Source: Candidatus Daviesbacteria bacterium (GTDB lineage: Bacteria > Patescibacteriota > Microgenomatia > Daviesbacterales > UBA10151). Taken from it: DNA of 43,913 nucleotides. A program made the translations under genes and the position numbers. The stretch spans positions 1 through 43,913 of the forward strand of contig JACPKO010000038.1 in NCBI GenBank assembly GCA_016186985.1, written 5' to 3'. The notes under the pieces were generated by a model that was not told where the DNA came from, did not search any database, and saw only the letters and a program-made list of their open reading frames with translations. Shown piece by piece: positions 8,081-17,847 of the stretch (position 1 is the first letter of the stretch; each line of letters starts with the position of its first letter).

Positions 8081-9012
8081 TTCCGTATTTCATCAACCGA
8101 AAAAACTGCAAAGTCAAACCAGGGAGGCACAACATCAACTACTTTAAATGCCTGAATTTGCTTCTGGCTCTGACCTGATTCACCGGTTGCATTGTAAATT
8201 TGAACCTGAGGAGGAAAATTTGCGCCCGCTGCGGGAGCCAGTGCCAAGTTATGGTTTTCATTTGAATAAAGAAATCTAATCCGGGCTAAAATTAACCTGC
8301 AGTTATAAGGGGCTATTGCATTCGGACAATTTCGTACTGGCGGATTATTCGCCAGATCAGGTATGGAGCTAATTTTTTGTTTGCAATAAAATTTACGGTT
8401 GTTTCCTAAAATCGTTGGCAAAGGAGGTACTGAGCCGCACGACGCGGGAAGAAAATTATTGCTGGCTACCCGTTCAGGATCGGAATCATAATAATAAGTT
8501 TTTGAGTAAAAGCTATTATTGCTCTGCATAACAATTTTAAGCTCAACCGCAGGTTTATCAGTTGTGGTATTTGAATTACCGAAATACAAATCCAGGGAAG
8601 AATTACTGTAACTTATTCCCGTATCAGGATCAGTAAACCAAAACTGGGCTGTTGTTTCCCGCCCGATTGGCGGATACTCAATTGCCAGCCCGCTTCCGGC
8701 GGCTGGCAAAAGCGATGATGTATTAACAGTAGCAACTGCATTATTATCCAGGGTAAAAGAGGTACCCGAAGAAACCGTACCTGTTAAAGCCTTTTCAATT
8801 CCTGCTTCAGCAGCAGAAAATGCCCTTTGGGATTGCTCGGTCTGGGTTGAAATTGCAACATCTGAAACTGATTTTTGAGTTAATGCTAAACCAATAGATA
8901 ATGCAACCAGCATTAATAGCAAAAGCAACACAATTATCTGCCCTCCCTGGGCTTTTTTGTAAATAATACGCCCCTCCTTCGGAGGCGAAAATTGTAAATT
9001 GTAAATTTTCAT
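8077..9012 (-). CDS. PilX-like minor pilin
   Basis: GG|QIIVLLLL without Glu5; SQRAFSAAEAGIEKAL PilX N-terminal motif. Confidence 0.8.
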   Translation of the reverse strand: MKIYNLQFSPPKEGRIIYKKAQGGQIIVLLLLLMLVALSIGLALTQKSVSDVAISTQTEQSQRAFSAAEAGIEKALTGTVSSGTSFTLDNNAVATVNTSSLLPAAGSGLAIEYPPIGRETTAQFWFTDPDTGISYSNSSLDLYFGNSNTTTDKPAVELKIVMQSNNSFYSKTYYYDSDPERVASNNFLPASCGSVPPLPTILGNNRKFYCKQKISSIPDLANNPPVRNCPNAIAPYNCRLILARIRFLYSNENHNLALAPAAGANFPPQVQIYNATGESGQSQKQIQAFKVVDVVPPWFDFAVFSVDEIRK

Positions 9013-9013
9013 A

Positions 9014-9574
9014 TCATCTTACTTGTACTGTTGTTTGAATATTGACGATTACTGCTTGCCCGGACTGGTTTAGGGGGGGTCCGACATCAAATTTTATTGT
9101 AACAGTATCTTTACCACCTACACCAGGCACATAATTAAATTTACCATTAGTTATAGAAACACCAGAGCTTGGATCTCTGTCAGTTATTGGTGCTTCTCCG
9201 GAAGTATTTATATCTTCCTGGCAAAAAGTGCTTAAATCCCGGGGGACTATATCTTCCTTCTTTGCAATATAACCGCCAGGTTCAACAAACCTGTACCTGA
9301 CATATTTCCCAATCAGGTTTCTGATAATAATCACTTTTGAATTGTTAGCAGGCTCGTAACAAACAACCGAATCAGCCATTCTGATTGCTTCTCCAAGAAT
9401 ATCTGAGGCCACAGCACCATTTTGTTTTAGTCTGCTTAAAAAGTCTGCATCTGAGCTTGTGCGGTACGTGCGGGTTAAAAGGTTTGAAGAAATAACCCCA
9501 ATTACCGAGAGAATCCCTATAGCCAAAATAACCTCTATTAATGAAAACCCGAATTGTTCTTTTAGAAATTTCAT
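9014..9574 (-). CDS. Minor pilin (PilW-like)
   Basis: FG|FSLIEVILA prepilin motif; ends in QTTVQVR. Confidence 0.8.
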   Translation of the reverse strand: MKFLKEQFGFSLIEVILAIGILSVIGVISSNLLTRTYRTSSDADFLSRLKQNGAVASDILGEAIRMADSVVCYEPANNSKVIIIRNLIGKYVRYRFVEPGGYIAKKEDIVPRDLSTFCQEDINTSGEAPITDRDPSSGVSITNGKFNYVPGVGGKDTVTIKFDVGPPLNQSGQAVIVNIQTTVQVR

Positions 9575-10122
9575 AATTTAGAAAAAACAGTAACTAAATC
9601 CGAAGAGTGTTGGCCGGTGGTATCAGTCCAAAAAACTTTTGAGGTAACTCTTTTTTGAGTACCCGCCAGTCCAGGCTCATCTTCAATAATAACCTGTGCA
9701 GTAAATCCATTCCCTAAATCAATCGGATTTTCACTATAGGTTAGACATAAAGCCTTGGTTATATCTCCTGTTACGGTACAATTATTGGAAGGTATATAAG
9801 TGCATCCGATTAAAGTGCATGACTTACTACTGTAACTTCCGAAAGTTTCATCCCATATCTCTTCCCATGTTAAGCAAGGAGTCTTACCTTGCAGACAGAC
9901 TCCGTAATTTGCAGACTTGATGGTCCTTACTTTTTCCATATTTTCCTGAGCTAACATTGTGGCCTGAGCCTGATTTTTTGAAAATTGGGTATTTCTCAAA
10001 CTGTATGTAGTAGTAATAGCCATTGCACCAATAACCACGGCGATTAAACTCATACCTACGACAAGCTCAAGCAGTGTTTGTCCTTTTTGGTTACTCAACT
10101 TTAAGTACCCCTCCTGATTCAA
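9571..10122 (-). CDS. Minor pilin (PilV-like)
   Basis: KG|QTLLELVV, LAQENMEKVR, KRVTSKVFW; true start may be the TTG at 10098. Confidence 0.8.
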   Translation of the reverse strand: MNQEGYLKLSNQKGQTLLELVVGMSLIAVVIGAMAITTTYSLRNTQFSKNQAQATMLAQENMEKVRTIKSANYGVCLQGKTPCLTWEEIWDETFGSYSSKSCTLIGCTYIPSNNCTVTGDITKALCLTYSENPIDLGNGFTAQVIIEDEPGLAGTQKRVTSKVFWTDTTGQHSSDLVTVFSKL

Positions 10123-10612
10123 TTCTTACTGCTTTGCTTAAGTTGCTTGCAGAATTTGTTAGAATCAGCATTACTGTACCTGTTTTTAATATTCCTTGGC
10201 TTAAACATATATAATTAACCTGGCTTTTAGAAAAGATAATATCGGTCGTATCGTTGGGACACACGTCAACGGCGCCGGTAAAGGTTGTGACAGTATCTGC
10301 CCCAGACGGAGAGTATGGTTTGTTTGAAAAAACAGACTGTTCTCCCAGAGTTTGACACACTGAAATTAAGGAATAACCCTGAGATGAAAGCCGGACAATC
10401 CAGGTATCGGATACTTCGTCTTTTGGACATTTAATCCTTGAAAAAGCCGAGGATTGGGCTGTTTTTAAAGTGTTAAGGACCTGTAAAGCAGCGTTGTCTA
10501 TTTCCCCTTGTTTTAAAAAATCTCTCAGGTTAGGGAAAGCGACCGCACTTAGTAAACCAATAATCCCTACAGATACAAGAACCTCTACCAGGCTAAAGCC
10601 GCGAGCAGTCAT
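10091..10612 (-). CDS. Minor pilin (FimU/GspH-like)
   Basis: RG|FSLVEVLV, LKTAQSSA, C-terminal VRIESGG. Confidence 0.8.
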   Translation of the reverse strand: MTARGFSLVEVLVSVGIIGLLSAVAFPNLRDFLKQGEIDNAALQVLNTLKTAQSSAFSRIKCPKDEVSDTWIVRLSSQGYSLISVCQTLGEQSVFSNKPYSPSGADTVTTFTGAVDVCPNDTTDIIFSKSQVNYICLSQGILKTGTVMLILTNSASNLSKAVRIESGGVLKVE

Positions 10613-10642
10613 ATATACAGCCTACCAAAGATGGAGGAGATA

Positions 10643-11122
10643 TTAAAGGGGAGTAACCTGATAGTTAAAATTAGTATTCCTGCATGTGCTTCCCTCCGGA
10701 GGATTTTCCATTTTCGCACAAAGGTAATAGAAGTGGCAAGGATTAGCAGAACACACGTCGGTTGCCCTGATATTCCCAAAAGGTGCGTAATAATAGGACG
10801 AGCCGTTTGGGTCTCCGGGGGTTCTTGTTAGGTATGTTTTGCAGGAGCCGCCGGTGCATCCGTTAAACGCAGACCCAACTGCAGGCAAAGTGAGGGGATA
10901 TTGATTCTGATCTGCATAATATTGCTGCAAAGCAGACTGGAGCACACTTAAATCCGAAGACCTTTGTGCATCACGGGTGTTTTTTTGGAGAGCTCCGGTA
11001 AAACTTAAGGCCAAACCCGATATGATACCAATAATTGCAATTACAACCAGAATTTCAACCAATGAAAAGCCTTTATGCTTTAAATAATCCAAAGTGAGAA
11101 GATTAGTCCGGGGTAGATCCAT
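10643..11122 (-). CDS. Pilin/pseudopilin (GspG-like)
   Basis: KG|FSLVEILVV, RDAQRSSDL..LQSALQQYYAD..QYP. Confidence 0.85.
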   Translation of the reverse strand: MDLPRTNLLTLDYLKHKGFSLVEILVVIAIIGIISGLALSFTGALQKNTRDAQRSSDLSVLQSALQQYYADQNQYPLTLPAVGSAFNGCTGGSCKTYLTRTPGDPNGSSYYYAPFGNIRATDVCSANPCHFYYLCAKMENPPEGSTCRNTNFNYQVTPL

Positions 11123-11171
11123 AGTTAATTAAATTATCAGCTTTAACCGCTAATGTAAAGGAATATCAAAG

Positions 11172-11627
11172 TTACTGTGAATTGCTTCTGCAGAATTGTC
11201 CGCCAGCTTCCAAGTTTGCACAAACTGTCCATGTTGATACAGCGCCCGGCGCTCCAACCCCCACTGTAGTATCTGAAGTTTTACAAGTACCCGCACCCGT
11301 CCTGACACAATATTTACATACGCCTGGGCATGCATCTTCAGGAGCTACATTCGTAGAAGTCGGATCGGTAGGAGCCTTACCTGAAGCAAAGAAAGTATCT
11401 GCCATCGCATTGTAGGTAACAGAACCCGCAACTTTATTCGCCTCCATAGCGTTAGCAATAGCGTCAATGTCTGTTTTCCTTGCCGAATCCCTGGCATTTT
11501 TTACCTGACCCTGGTAAACAACAACACCAATAACAGATAAAATAGCAATTATTGTAATTACTACCAGAAGCTCAACCAAGGTAAAACCTTTAGGATTGTT
11601 AATTGTTTTGGGCAGGAATTTATTCAC
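11172..11627 (-). CDS. Pilin/pseudopilin (GspG-like), Cys-rich C-terminus
   Basis: KG|FTLVELLVV, ARDSARKTDI. Confidence 0.87.
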   Translation of the reverse strand: MNKFLPKTINNPKGFTLVELLVVITIIAILSVIGVVVYQGQVKNARDSARKTDIDAIANAMEANKVAGSVTYNAMADTFFASGKAPTDPTSTNVAPEDACPGVCKYCVRTGAGTCKTSDTTVGVGAPGAVSTWTVCANLEAGGQFCRSNSQ

Positions 11628-11661
11628 TCTTATTTTATTTTTATCTATACTAAAATTATTG

Positions 11662-12561
11662 TCAATAGGTCAAAGTCAGGGATAAGTACCATCCCAAGAT
11701 TTGGCTGCCCCAAAAGATAGAGATTATTCCTGCTAAAGACAAGAAGGGTCCAAACGGTATTGTCTGGCCGAACTTTTTTTTGCCTGCCAAAATTAGCCCC
11801 ACCCCAAAAACCGACCCAAGTAAAAAGGAGAGCATTAAAACAACCAGGGCATAAGGGAAGCCAAAAACTAAACCTAAGAAGACTCCTAATTTTAAATCTC
11901 CTCCGCCCATGCCTTTTCCCCTAGTTATAAGTATCAGCAAATAAAAGAACACTCCCAAAACCAGCGCCATCAAAGCTCCGGAAAATAACGGCGCTGATAA
12001 ATCAATGGCATGTGTATAAAAATAATTAGAGTGGGGGGGCAAGAGGTATTTGCCGACCGGGGAGTCTTTTAGGGCCTCGTATATTAAATATACTTTAAAC
12101 ATACTAATACCCAGAAGGTAAACAAAACTAATCCATATCGACGGGTAGGTAATCCTGTCCGGAATGTAACCTGTTTTAAAATCAGTAATGAATACAGCTG
12201 CTAAAACTACTAAAATTAAGCAGTAAAACAAAACGCTTGAGACAATTAATGTCTGGTCATGCCAACCGAGTTCTAAAAAATTTAACGGTACGTATTTATA
12301 AAAAATTCCCGCAACCATTAACCCCATTAAGACCTCTGAAAGGGGATACTCAAAGCTCAATTTGCTTTTGCAGTAGCGGCATTTACCTTTTAAAAAAATA
12401 TAGGACAACACCGGAAAAAGGTCGTACCAAGCGAGATGCTTCTTACATTTCTCGCAGTACGACCTTCCCCAAAATGTTCTCTTAGTCAGGCTCCTATCCG
12501 CTAGCGCCTTTGTTAAGCTTCCTAAACAAATTCCAATTATTAAACCTGAAACCCAAATCAT
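11662..12561 (-). CDS. pilD: Prepilin peptidase/N-methyltransferase (A24)
   Basis: RSYCEKC...GKCRYC zinc motifs, FITD, MGGGDLKL, IPFGPFL. Confidence 0.95.
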   Translation of the reverse strand: MIWVSGLIIGICLGSLTKALADRSLTKRTFWGRSYCEKCKKHLAWYDLFPVLSYIFLKGKCRYCKSKLSFEYPLSEVLMGLMVAGIFYKYVPLNFLELGWHDQTLIVSSVLFYCLILVVLAAVFITDFKTGYIPDRITYPSIWISFVYLLGISMFKVYLIYEALKDSPVGKYLLPPHSNYFYTHAIDLSAPLFSGALMALVLGVFFYLLILITRGKGMGGGDLKLGVFLGLVFGFPYALVVLMLSFLLGSVFGVGLILAGKKKFGQTIPFGPFLSLAGIISIFWGSQILGWYLSLTLTY

Positions 12562-12575
12562 TTAAGTTATTAAAA

Positions 12576-13142
12576 CTAAAACGCACAAGGCGTTCCCGAC
12601 GCATTAATTAAAGTCAGGTTAGATCCAACTTCAAATCTTCCAGTCGTATCGGTTGCATTCTGATCTCCACCATCGGAAGCCATTTTAGGCTTCTGTTGCT
12701 CTGATTCTAAAACAGTATCGATTTCCCATGCATCATTATCAGCGCAATATGTATAGTAATAAGTGGCATTGTTAGTCGGATCTACAGGAAGTGTTGGGAC
12801 TGAAACGCTCTGTTGTCCACCTAAGTTAACCAAAACCCATCCTGTACCATCAGATAACCGGTCACTTGCTGCTAAAGGATAACTGTCTCCTCTACAAGGA
12901 TAAGTTCCGCCATTACATAAAATAGCTGCGCCTGAATCAGTTGCCTCCTGGACAGCTACATTAATAGCGTTTTGGAGGTTAGATAAATCAGATAGCCGTG
13001 CTGCATCCCTACCTCTTCTTGTTAACTCAAGAGGGTTAATTATAAGTACAACAACTGCTGCCAAAATGGCGACAATTGCAATAACAACCAAAAGTTCTAC
13101 CAAAGTAAAACCTTTAGATTGTTTACGGGCAGTTTTTATCAA
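12576..13142 (-). CDS. Probable major type IV pilin
   Basis: KG|FTLVELLVV, RDAARLSDL, LPVDP; start reassigned to TTG at 13142, 8 nt after GGAGG. Confidence 0.85.
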   Translation of the reverse strand: MIKTARKQSKGFTLVELLVVIAIVAILAAVVVLIINPLELTRRGRDAARLSDLSNLQNAINVAVQEATDSGAAILCNGGTYPCRGDSYPLAASDRLSDGTGWVLVNLGGQQSVSVPTLPVDPTNNATYYYTYCADNDAWEIDTVLESEQQKPKMASDGGDQNATDTTGRFEVGSNLTLINASGTPCAF

Positions 13143-13147
13143 GTCTC

Positions 13148-13158
13148 TCACCTCCTTA
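13148..13158 (-). promoter_or_regulatory. Perfect Shine-Dalgarno TAAGGAGGTGA for the pilin
   Basis: Reverse complement of tcacctcctta. Confidence 0.8.
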
Positions 13159-13249
13159 AAAAATTATCACTCTTTAAGAGTTTTAATTAGGTTAAGTACA
13201 TTTTACCCACACTGAAATAGGAGTAGTCAAGATAGCAGTTTTAACCGGC

Positions 13250-14455
13250 TTACCCGATCGAAGTGGTAAGTTTATATATAGGCAGGATGATAGAAAGAAC
13301 AAGGAACGCTACCCCGACTCCAAGAATTATTAAGATTACAGGTTCAATAATGACGGTTAAATTTTTCACCAGATGGTCGGCTTCGCTTTCAAAATATTCA
13401 GCCAGCTTAAATGATATCTTGTCAACCTTGCCTGTTTCTTCACCAACCTTATACATCTGAGTAACAATTTTCGGGAAGACTCCAACCTCATCCAGCTGTG
13501 CAGACATTGTTAGTCCTCTCTCAACGCCTAGCTTAGTCTCCAGTAATGCCTTTTTATATACTGAGTTGTTTGTTACATCTGAAACAACAGTTATTGAATC
13601 CAAAATTGGCACACCTGCCGTAGTTAAAAGCCCAAAGGTCCTGGTAAAACTTGTAAGAGATGTCCCCCTGATGATTTTACCTACTAAGGGGACTTTAAGT
13701 AAAAATTCATCGAAGGCGAATTTTCCTCCTGGTGTTGATACCCATTTTTTAAAAGCAAAAACAGCCATGATAAATAAAATTAACAGCAGCCACCAATAAC
13801 CAATTAAAAAATTAGAGCTACCTATCAGAATTTTGGTCGGCAACGGTAAATCAATATCGGATTGCGAATATAAAGAAGTCAGCCTGGGGATGACAAAAAA
13901 CATCATTATCCCAACTACTACAACCATCATTCCTATAACCATTATCGGATAAACCATTGCCCCTCTAACCCGGCTCCGGAATTCCCGGTCCCTTTCTAAA
14001 TTGTTTGCCATTTCAGTCAAAATTACGTCCAGGTTACCTGCCTGCTCTCCGGCTTTAACTAAGCTAGTGTAAAGGGAAGGGAAAACTTCAGGATGTTTCC
14101 GAAGTGATGATGCTAAATCTAAACCGCTGTTAATATCCCTTAATACCTCTTCCCAAATTTTCCTGAAATTCGGATTTGACTGTTGGCCGACTAAAATATT
14201 TATTGATTCTGACAATACCAGACCCGACTCAATCATTGTCGCAAGCTGCCTGGTTGAAATAACCAATTCCTCAAACGAAACCCGGTTAAAAATTTTTTCA
14301 AATAAAAGGGGGTTATCTTTTTTCTCAATTATAGAGGTAACAACCAGACCTTTTTTGCTTAAGATCCGGGCGGCCCTGCTTGCATCAACCGTGTCAATTG
14401 TCCCTTTGTGGTCAACTCCCTGGAAATCGCGGGCTTTATATACAAATATAGCCAT
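13250..14455 (-). CDS. pilC: Type IV pilus platform protein PilC (GspF family)
   Basis: TRQLATMIESG, KAGEQAGNL, AMVYP, VGEETG, IEPVILIILG. Confidence 0.95.
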   Translation of the reverse strand: MAIFVYKARDFQGVDHKGTIDTVDASRAARILSKKGLVVTSIIEKKDNPLLFEKIFNRVSFEELVISTRQLATMIESGLVLSESINILVGQQSNPNFRKIWEEVLRDINSGLDLASSLRKHPEVFPSLYTSLVKAGEQAGNLDVILTEMANNLERDREFRSRVRGAMVYPIMVIGMMVVVVGIMMFFVIPRLTSLYSQSDIDLPLPTKILIGSSNFLIGYWWLLLILFIMAVFAFKKWVSTPGGKFAFDEFLLKVPLVGKIIRGTSLTSFTRTFGLLTTAGVPILDSITVVSDVTNNSVYKKALLETKLGVERGLTMSAQLDEVGVFPKIVTQMYKVGEETGKVDKISFKLAEYFESEADHLVKNLTVIIEPVILIILGVGVAFLVLSIILPIYKLTTSIG

Positions 14456-14456
14456 A

Positions 14457-15518
14457 TTACGAGGTTAGAAGTCTGTTTAATACGGAAATCCTAAAGGCAT
14501 AATTTTGGGCATTTTCCAGGGTTATTAATCCCTCTTTTAACAAAAATGCCAGACTTGCTTCCAGAATAACCATACCTGACTCTGCGGAAGTCTGGATCAG
14601 GTTGTCAATCAGATGAGTCTTACCCTCGCGTATCATGGCTTTGCATGCAGAATTACTAATTAAAATTTCATAAGCCAGAACCCTTCCAGGGGAAATACTG
14701 GGAATTAACCTTTGGGAGATTACAGCCTCAAGCACTCCTGCAAGCTGGCTTCTTACCTGGGCCTGTTGTATAGACGGAAAAACATCTATAATCCTGTCTA
14801 AAGTTTGAGAGGCGGAATTTGTGTGAAGGGTTGCAAATACCAAATGTCCGGTCTCAGCGATTGTCAGTGCAGCAGCGATTGTTTCAAAATCCCTCATTTC
14901 TCCAATAAGCACAACGTCCGGATCTTCGCGAAGCGCTGCCCGGAGGGCTCTCCCCCAGGATACGGTATCTGAATTCAGTTCCCTCTGGGATATAAGGGCT
15001 TTGCCCTTGGGATAAATAAATTCAATTGGGTCCTCAATAGTAATAATATGGCTGTTTGATTCACTGTTTATTTTCTCAATGAAGGCGGCCAGTGTTGTAG
15101 TTTTGCCTTGTCCGGTTGGACCGGTAACCAGCACTAGACCCTGTTTTAACCCGGTAATTTTTCCAATAGCTTGAGGCAAACCGGTTTCTTCAAGTTTTCT
15201 TAATTTTTTAGGGATGAGCCGAAACGATGCAGCCAGTGTTCCAACTTGCCTATACAAATTAACCCTAAATCTTGCAATATCTCTATACTCTATTCCGAAA
15301 TCAACATCCATAAAACGGTTTAACTGATTTTTTTGCCCCTCGGATAAAATAGGCAGCACTAAGGTTCGGATGTCCTCATTAGTTAACTCCTGAGAACCCA
15401 TAACAGGAAGCAAATCACCGTTTACCCTGATAGTTGGAGGAAATTTTGCTATTAAATGCAAATCAGAAGCTTCCCTCTGGATTGTTAAATCCAGTAATTG
15501 ATTAATGTTTAAGTTCAT
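14457..15518 (-). CDS. pilT: Type IV pilus retraction ATPase PilT
   Basis: ASDLHL, GPTGQGKTTT, EDPIE, ALREDPDVVLIGEMRD, AETGHLVFATLHT, AMIREGK (AIRNLIRE-like). Confidence 0.93.
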   Translation of the reverse strand: MNLNINQLLDLTIQREASDLHLIAKFPPTIRVNGDLLPVMGSQELTNEDIRTLVLPILSEGQKNQLNRFMDVDFGIEYRDIARFRVNLYRQVGTLAASFRLIPKKLRKLEETGLPQAIGKITGLKQGLVLVTGPTGQGKTTTLAAFIEKINSESNSHIITIEDPIEFIYPKGKALISQRELNSDTVSWGRALRAALREDPDVVLIGEMRDFETIAAALTIAETGHLVFATLHTNSASQTLDRIIDVFPSIQQAQVRSQLAGVLEAVISQRLIPSISPGRVLAYEILISNSACKAMIREGKTHLIDNLIQTSAESGMVILEASLAFLLKEGLITLENAQNYAFRISVLNRLLTS

Positions 15519-15533
15519 ATATTCATCTTGACG

Positions 15534-17249
15534 CTAATCCTGAGCAACCCTCAAAACCTCCTCCATTGTAGTCACTCCCTCTAACACTTTTAGATACCCA
15601 TCCTGCTTCAAAGTCATCATGCCCTCGGAAACTGCTTGTTTTTCTATATCAGTGGCAGAAGCCCTTTCTAAAGTAAGTCTCATGATTTTATCGGAAACAA
15701 CCAGTACTTCAAAAATACCAATCCGTCCGCTAAATCCCAATCCGCCGCATTCACTGCAGCCCTTGGCTTTATATAGCTGTATCGGGCGGCCTGCCGGCGT
15801 TAAATTTCCTAAAACTTGAGTGATATTAGCTTCCACTTCCTGTGGGGGGGAGTAAGTATAACGGCAATTTTGGCAAAGCTTGCGTAAAATTCTCTGACCC
15901 TGAACCGCATTTACTGACGATGCAAGCAGGAACGGCTCCATACCCATATCCAAAAGTCTTGGCAGTGATCCTGCTGCCGAATTAGTATGCAAAGTTGAAA
16001 AAACCTGGTGCCCTGTTAATGCAGCCTGGATGGCCAATTCTGCAGTTTCTGCGTCCCTGACCTCCCCAACCAAAATAATGTTCGGGTCCTGGCGTAAAAA
16101 AGACCTTAAGGCTGAGGCAAAAGTCAGACCAATCTGAGGGTTAACCTGAACCTGATTTGCACCCTCTATATGGTACTCAACAGGATCCTCAACAGTCAGG
16201 ATGTTAACCTTCGAACTTGAGAGTCTTGAAAGTATTGAATACAGGGTAGTAGTTTTACCTGAACCTGTAGGACCGCAGATCAGGATTATGCCATGAGTGC
16301 GGGTAAGTTGCATATCCAGGCTTTTTAAAGCACTGGCTCTTAACCCAAGTTCCAAAAGCGTTGGAGGTTTTTGAGATTTTGGCAGAAGCCTAAGGACTAT
16401 TTTTTCTCCAAAAATTGTCGGCAAGGTAGAAACACGTAGATCAATATCTATTCCTGTGTCTGAAAAAGTAAACCGGCCGTCTTGAGGCAATCTCCGTTCA
16501 TCAATTTTTAAACCCGACATAATCTTGATTCTTGATGCAACTGCTTCGTGGACTTTTTTAGGCAAAATTATTTTCTCATGGAGTATCCCGTCAATCCTGT
16601 ATCTCACGCGTGTCTGTGTTTCTTCAGGTTCAACATGGATATCCGAAGCCTTGGTTTTCACAGCGTAATCCAAAAGCTGGGTAACAATATTTGTGACCGG
16701 CGCCTCCTTAATTACTTCAGTCCTGTCAAAGTCCGAAGAGGCTTTTTCCTCCCTTGTGCTCACCGAACTTACCTCATTTAAGGCTGATACAACTTCTGAA
16801 GTCAGGTTTTGGGAGTATTGGTCTGAGATTGCATTAACTATTTCTTTCTCCAAAGCCAAAAACCTTGAAGTTTTCCTGCCGGTTTTTTTCTCAATGAATT
16901 GGATCACCTGGATATCCAACGGATCAGCCATGGCAATCGAAAGGATATTACCGCTTAGCTTAAAAGGGATCAGTTTGTACCTTCTGGCTACCTGCTCAGG
17001 GACCATGTTTAAAACTTCAGGTGATATTCCGGGCCGCTCCAAATCTTCAAGCTCAAGATAGGGGATGCCTAAAATTTTTGCCCGGGCCATTGCGATGTCT
17101 TTTTCCGTTGCAAAATTTCTGTCAAGTATTATCTTTTCGGGCGGAGTTCCTGTGTTAATATTTTCGAGCTTAATAGTTGAAACCTGCTCTGGGGTAAGTT
17201 TTCCTTCTTTTTCTAAAACATCAACAGTAGTCAGTTGAGATTCATCCAT
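15534..17249 (-). CDS. pilB: Type IV pilus extension ATPase PilB (GspE family)
   Basis: ASDIHVEP, PQDGR, GPTGSGKTTT, LRQDPNIILVGEVRD, zinc-binding CQNC...CSEC. Confidence 0.95.
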   Translation of the reverse strand: MDESQLTTVDVLEKEGKLTPEQVSTIKLENINTGTPPEKIILDRNFATEKDIAMARAKILGIPYLELEDLERPGISPEVLNMVPEQVARRYKLIPFKLSGNILSIAMADPLDIQVIQFIEKKTGRKTSRFLALEKEIVNAISDQYSQNLTSEVVSALNEVSSVSTREEKASSDFDRTEVIKEAPVTNIVTQLLDYAVKTKASDIHVEPEETQTRVRYRIDGILHEKIILPKKVHEAVASRIKIMSGLKIDERRLPQDGRFTFSDTGIDIDLRVSTLPTIFGEKIVLRLLPKSQKPPTLLELGLRASALKSLDMQLTRTHGIILICGPTGSGKTTTLYSILSRLSSSKVNILTVEDPVEYHIEGANQVQVNPQIGLTFASALRSFLRQDPNIILVGEVRDAETAELAIQAALTGHQVFSTLHTNSAAGSLPRLLDMGMEPFLLASSVNAVQGQRILRKLCQNCRYTYSPPQEVEANITQVLGNLTPAGRPIQLYKAKGCSECGGLGFSGRIGIFEVLVVSDKIMRLTLERASATDIEKQAVSEGMMTLKQDGYLKVLEGVTTMEEVLRVAQD

Positions 17250-17313
17250 ACAAATTTAATCTGCAACCAGGGCAGGTTATTAAATCTATTATCGTTAATT
17301 GGGTTGATTAGTG

Positions 17314-17832
17314 TCAAGAAGATTTTGGATCTTCTTTTAGCTCTTTTAGAAAACGAATCTCAAGACCTTTAAAACTGCTCCCCAGCTGTAATTTAAAAAC
17401 AAGCATATGCAAATGCTCGAGGTAAGGCTCCATCATCCAGCCGTTTAAACCGGTTACTGCCAGTTTTTGTCCGGTTTTAACAAAATCACCAATTTTAACT
17501 TTAACCGAACTTTTTTTAATATGCGCAAGCTGGGAATATTCGCCATTTTCGTGCGCAATTGTAATATAGTTTAGAAACGGAGCAAATTCCTCAGTCTCGC
17601 CATGCCTATCAAATTGGTCAACAATTTCAATAACCTTCCCGTCCAAAGGCGCTAAAACAGCACTGCCCAAATCAACTGCAAAATCAACCGCTCCGCGGAA
17701 AGGTCCTTCATGCGAAGGCCAATCATATAAAATGTTTTTGATTTTAGTTTCAGGATTTAGGGGAAGACTGTAAATATTTTTGGTTTTTTCGAAAGATGAT
17801 CTTTTAAAAAGGGAGGTGAATGTATTACTCAT
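17314..17832 (-). CDS. M23-family metallopeptidase
   Basis: H..(x)..AVDF, APLDGKV, YSQLAHI, VKTGQ, HLH zinc motif. Confidence 0.88.
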   Translation of the reverse strand: MSNTFTSLFKRSSFEKTKNIYSLPLNPETKIKNILYDWPSHEGPFRGAVDFAVDLGSAVLAPLDGKVIEIVDQFDRHGETEEFAPFLNYITIAHENGEYSQLAHIKKSSVKVKIGDFVKTGQKLAVTGLNGWMMEPYLEHLHMLVFKLQLGSSFKGLEIRFLKELKEDPKSS

Positions 17833-17847
17833 TTAGCCTAAGTATAA

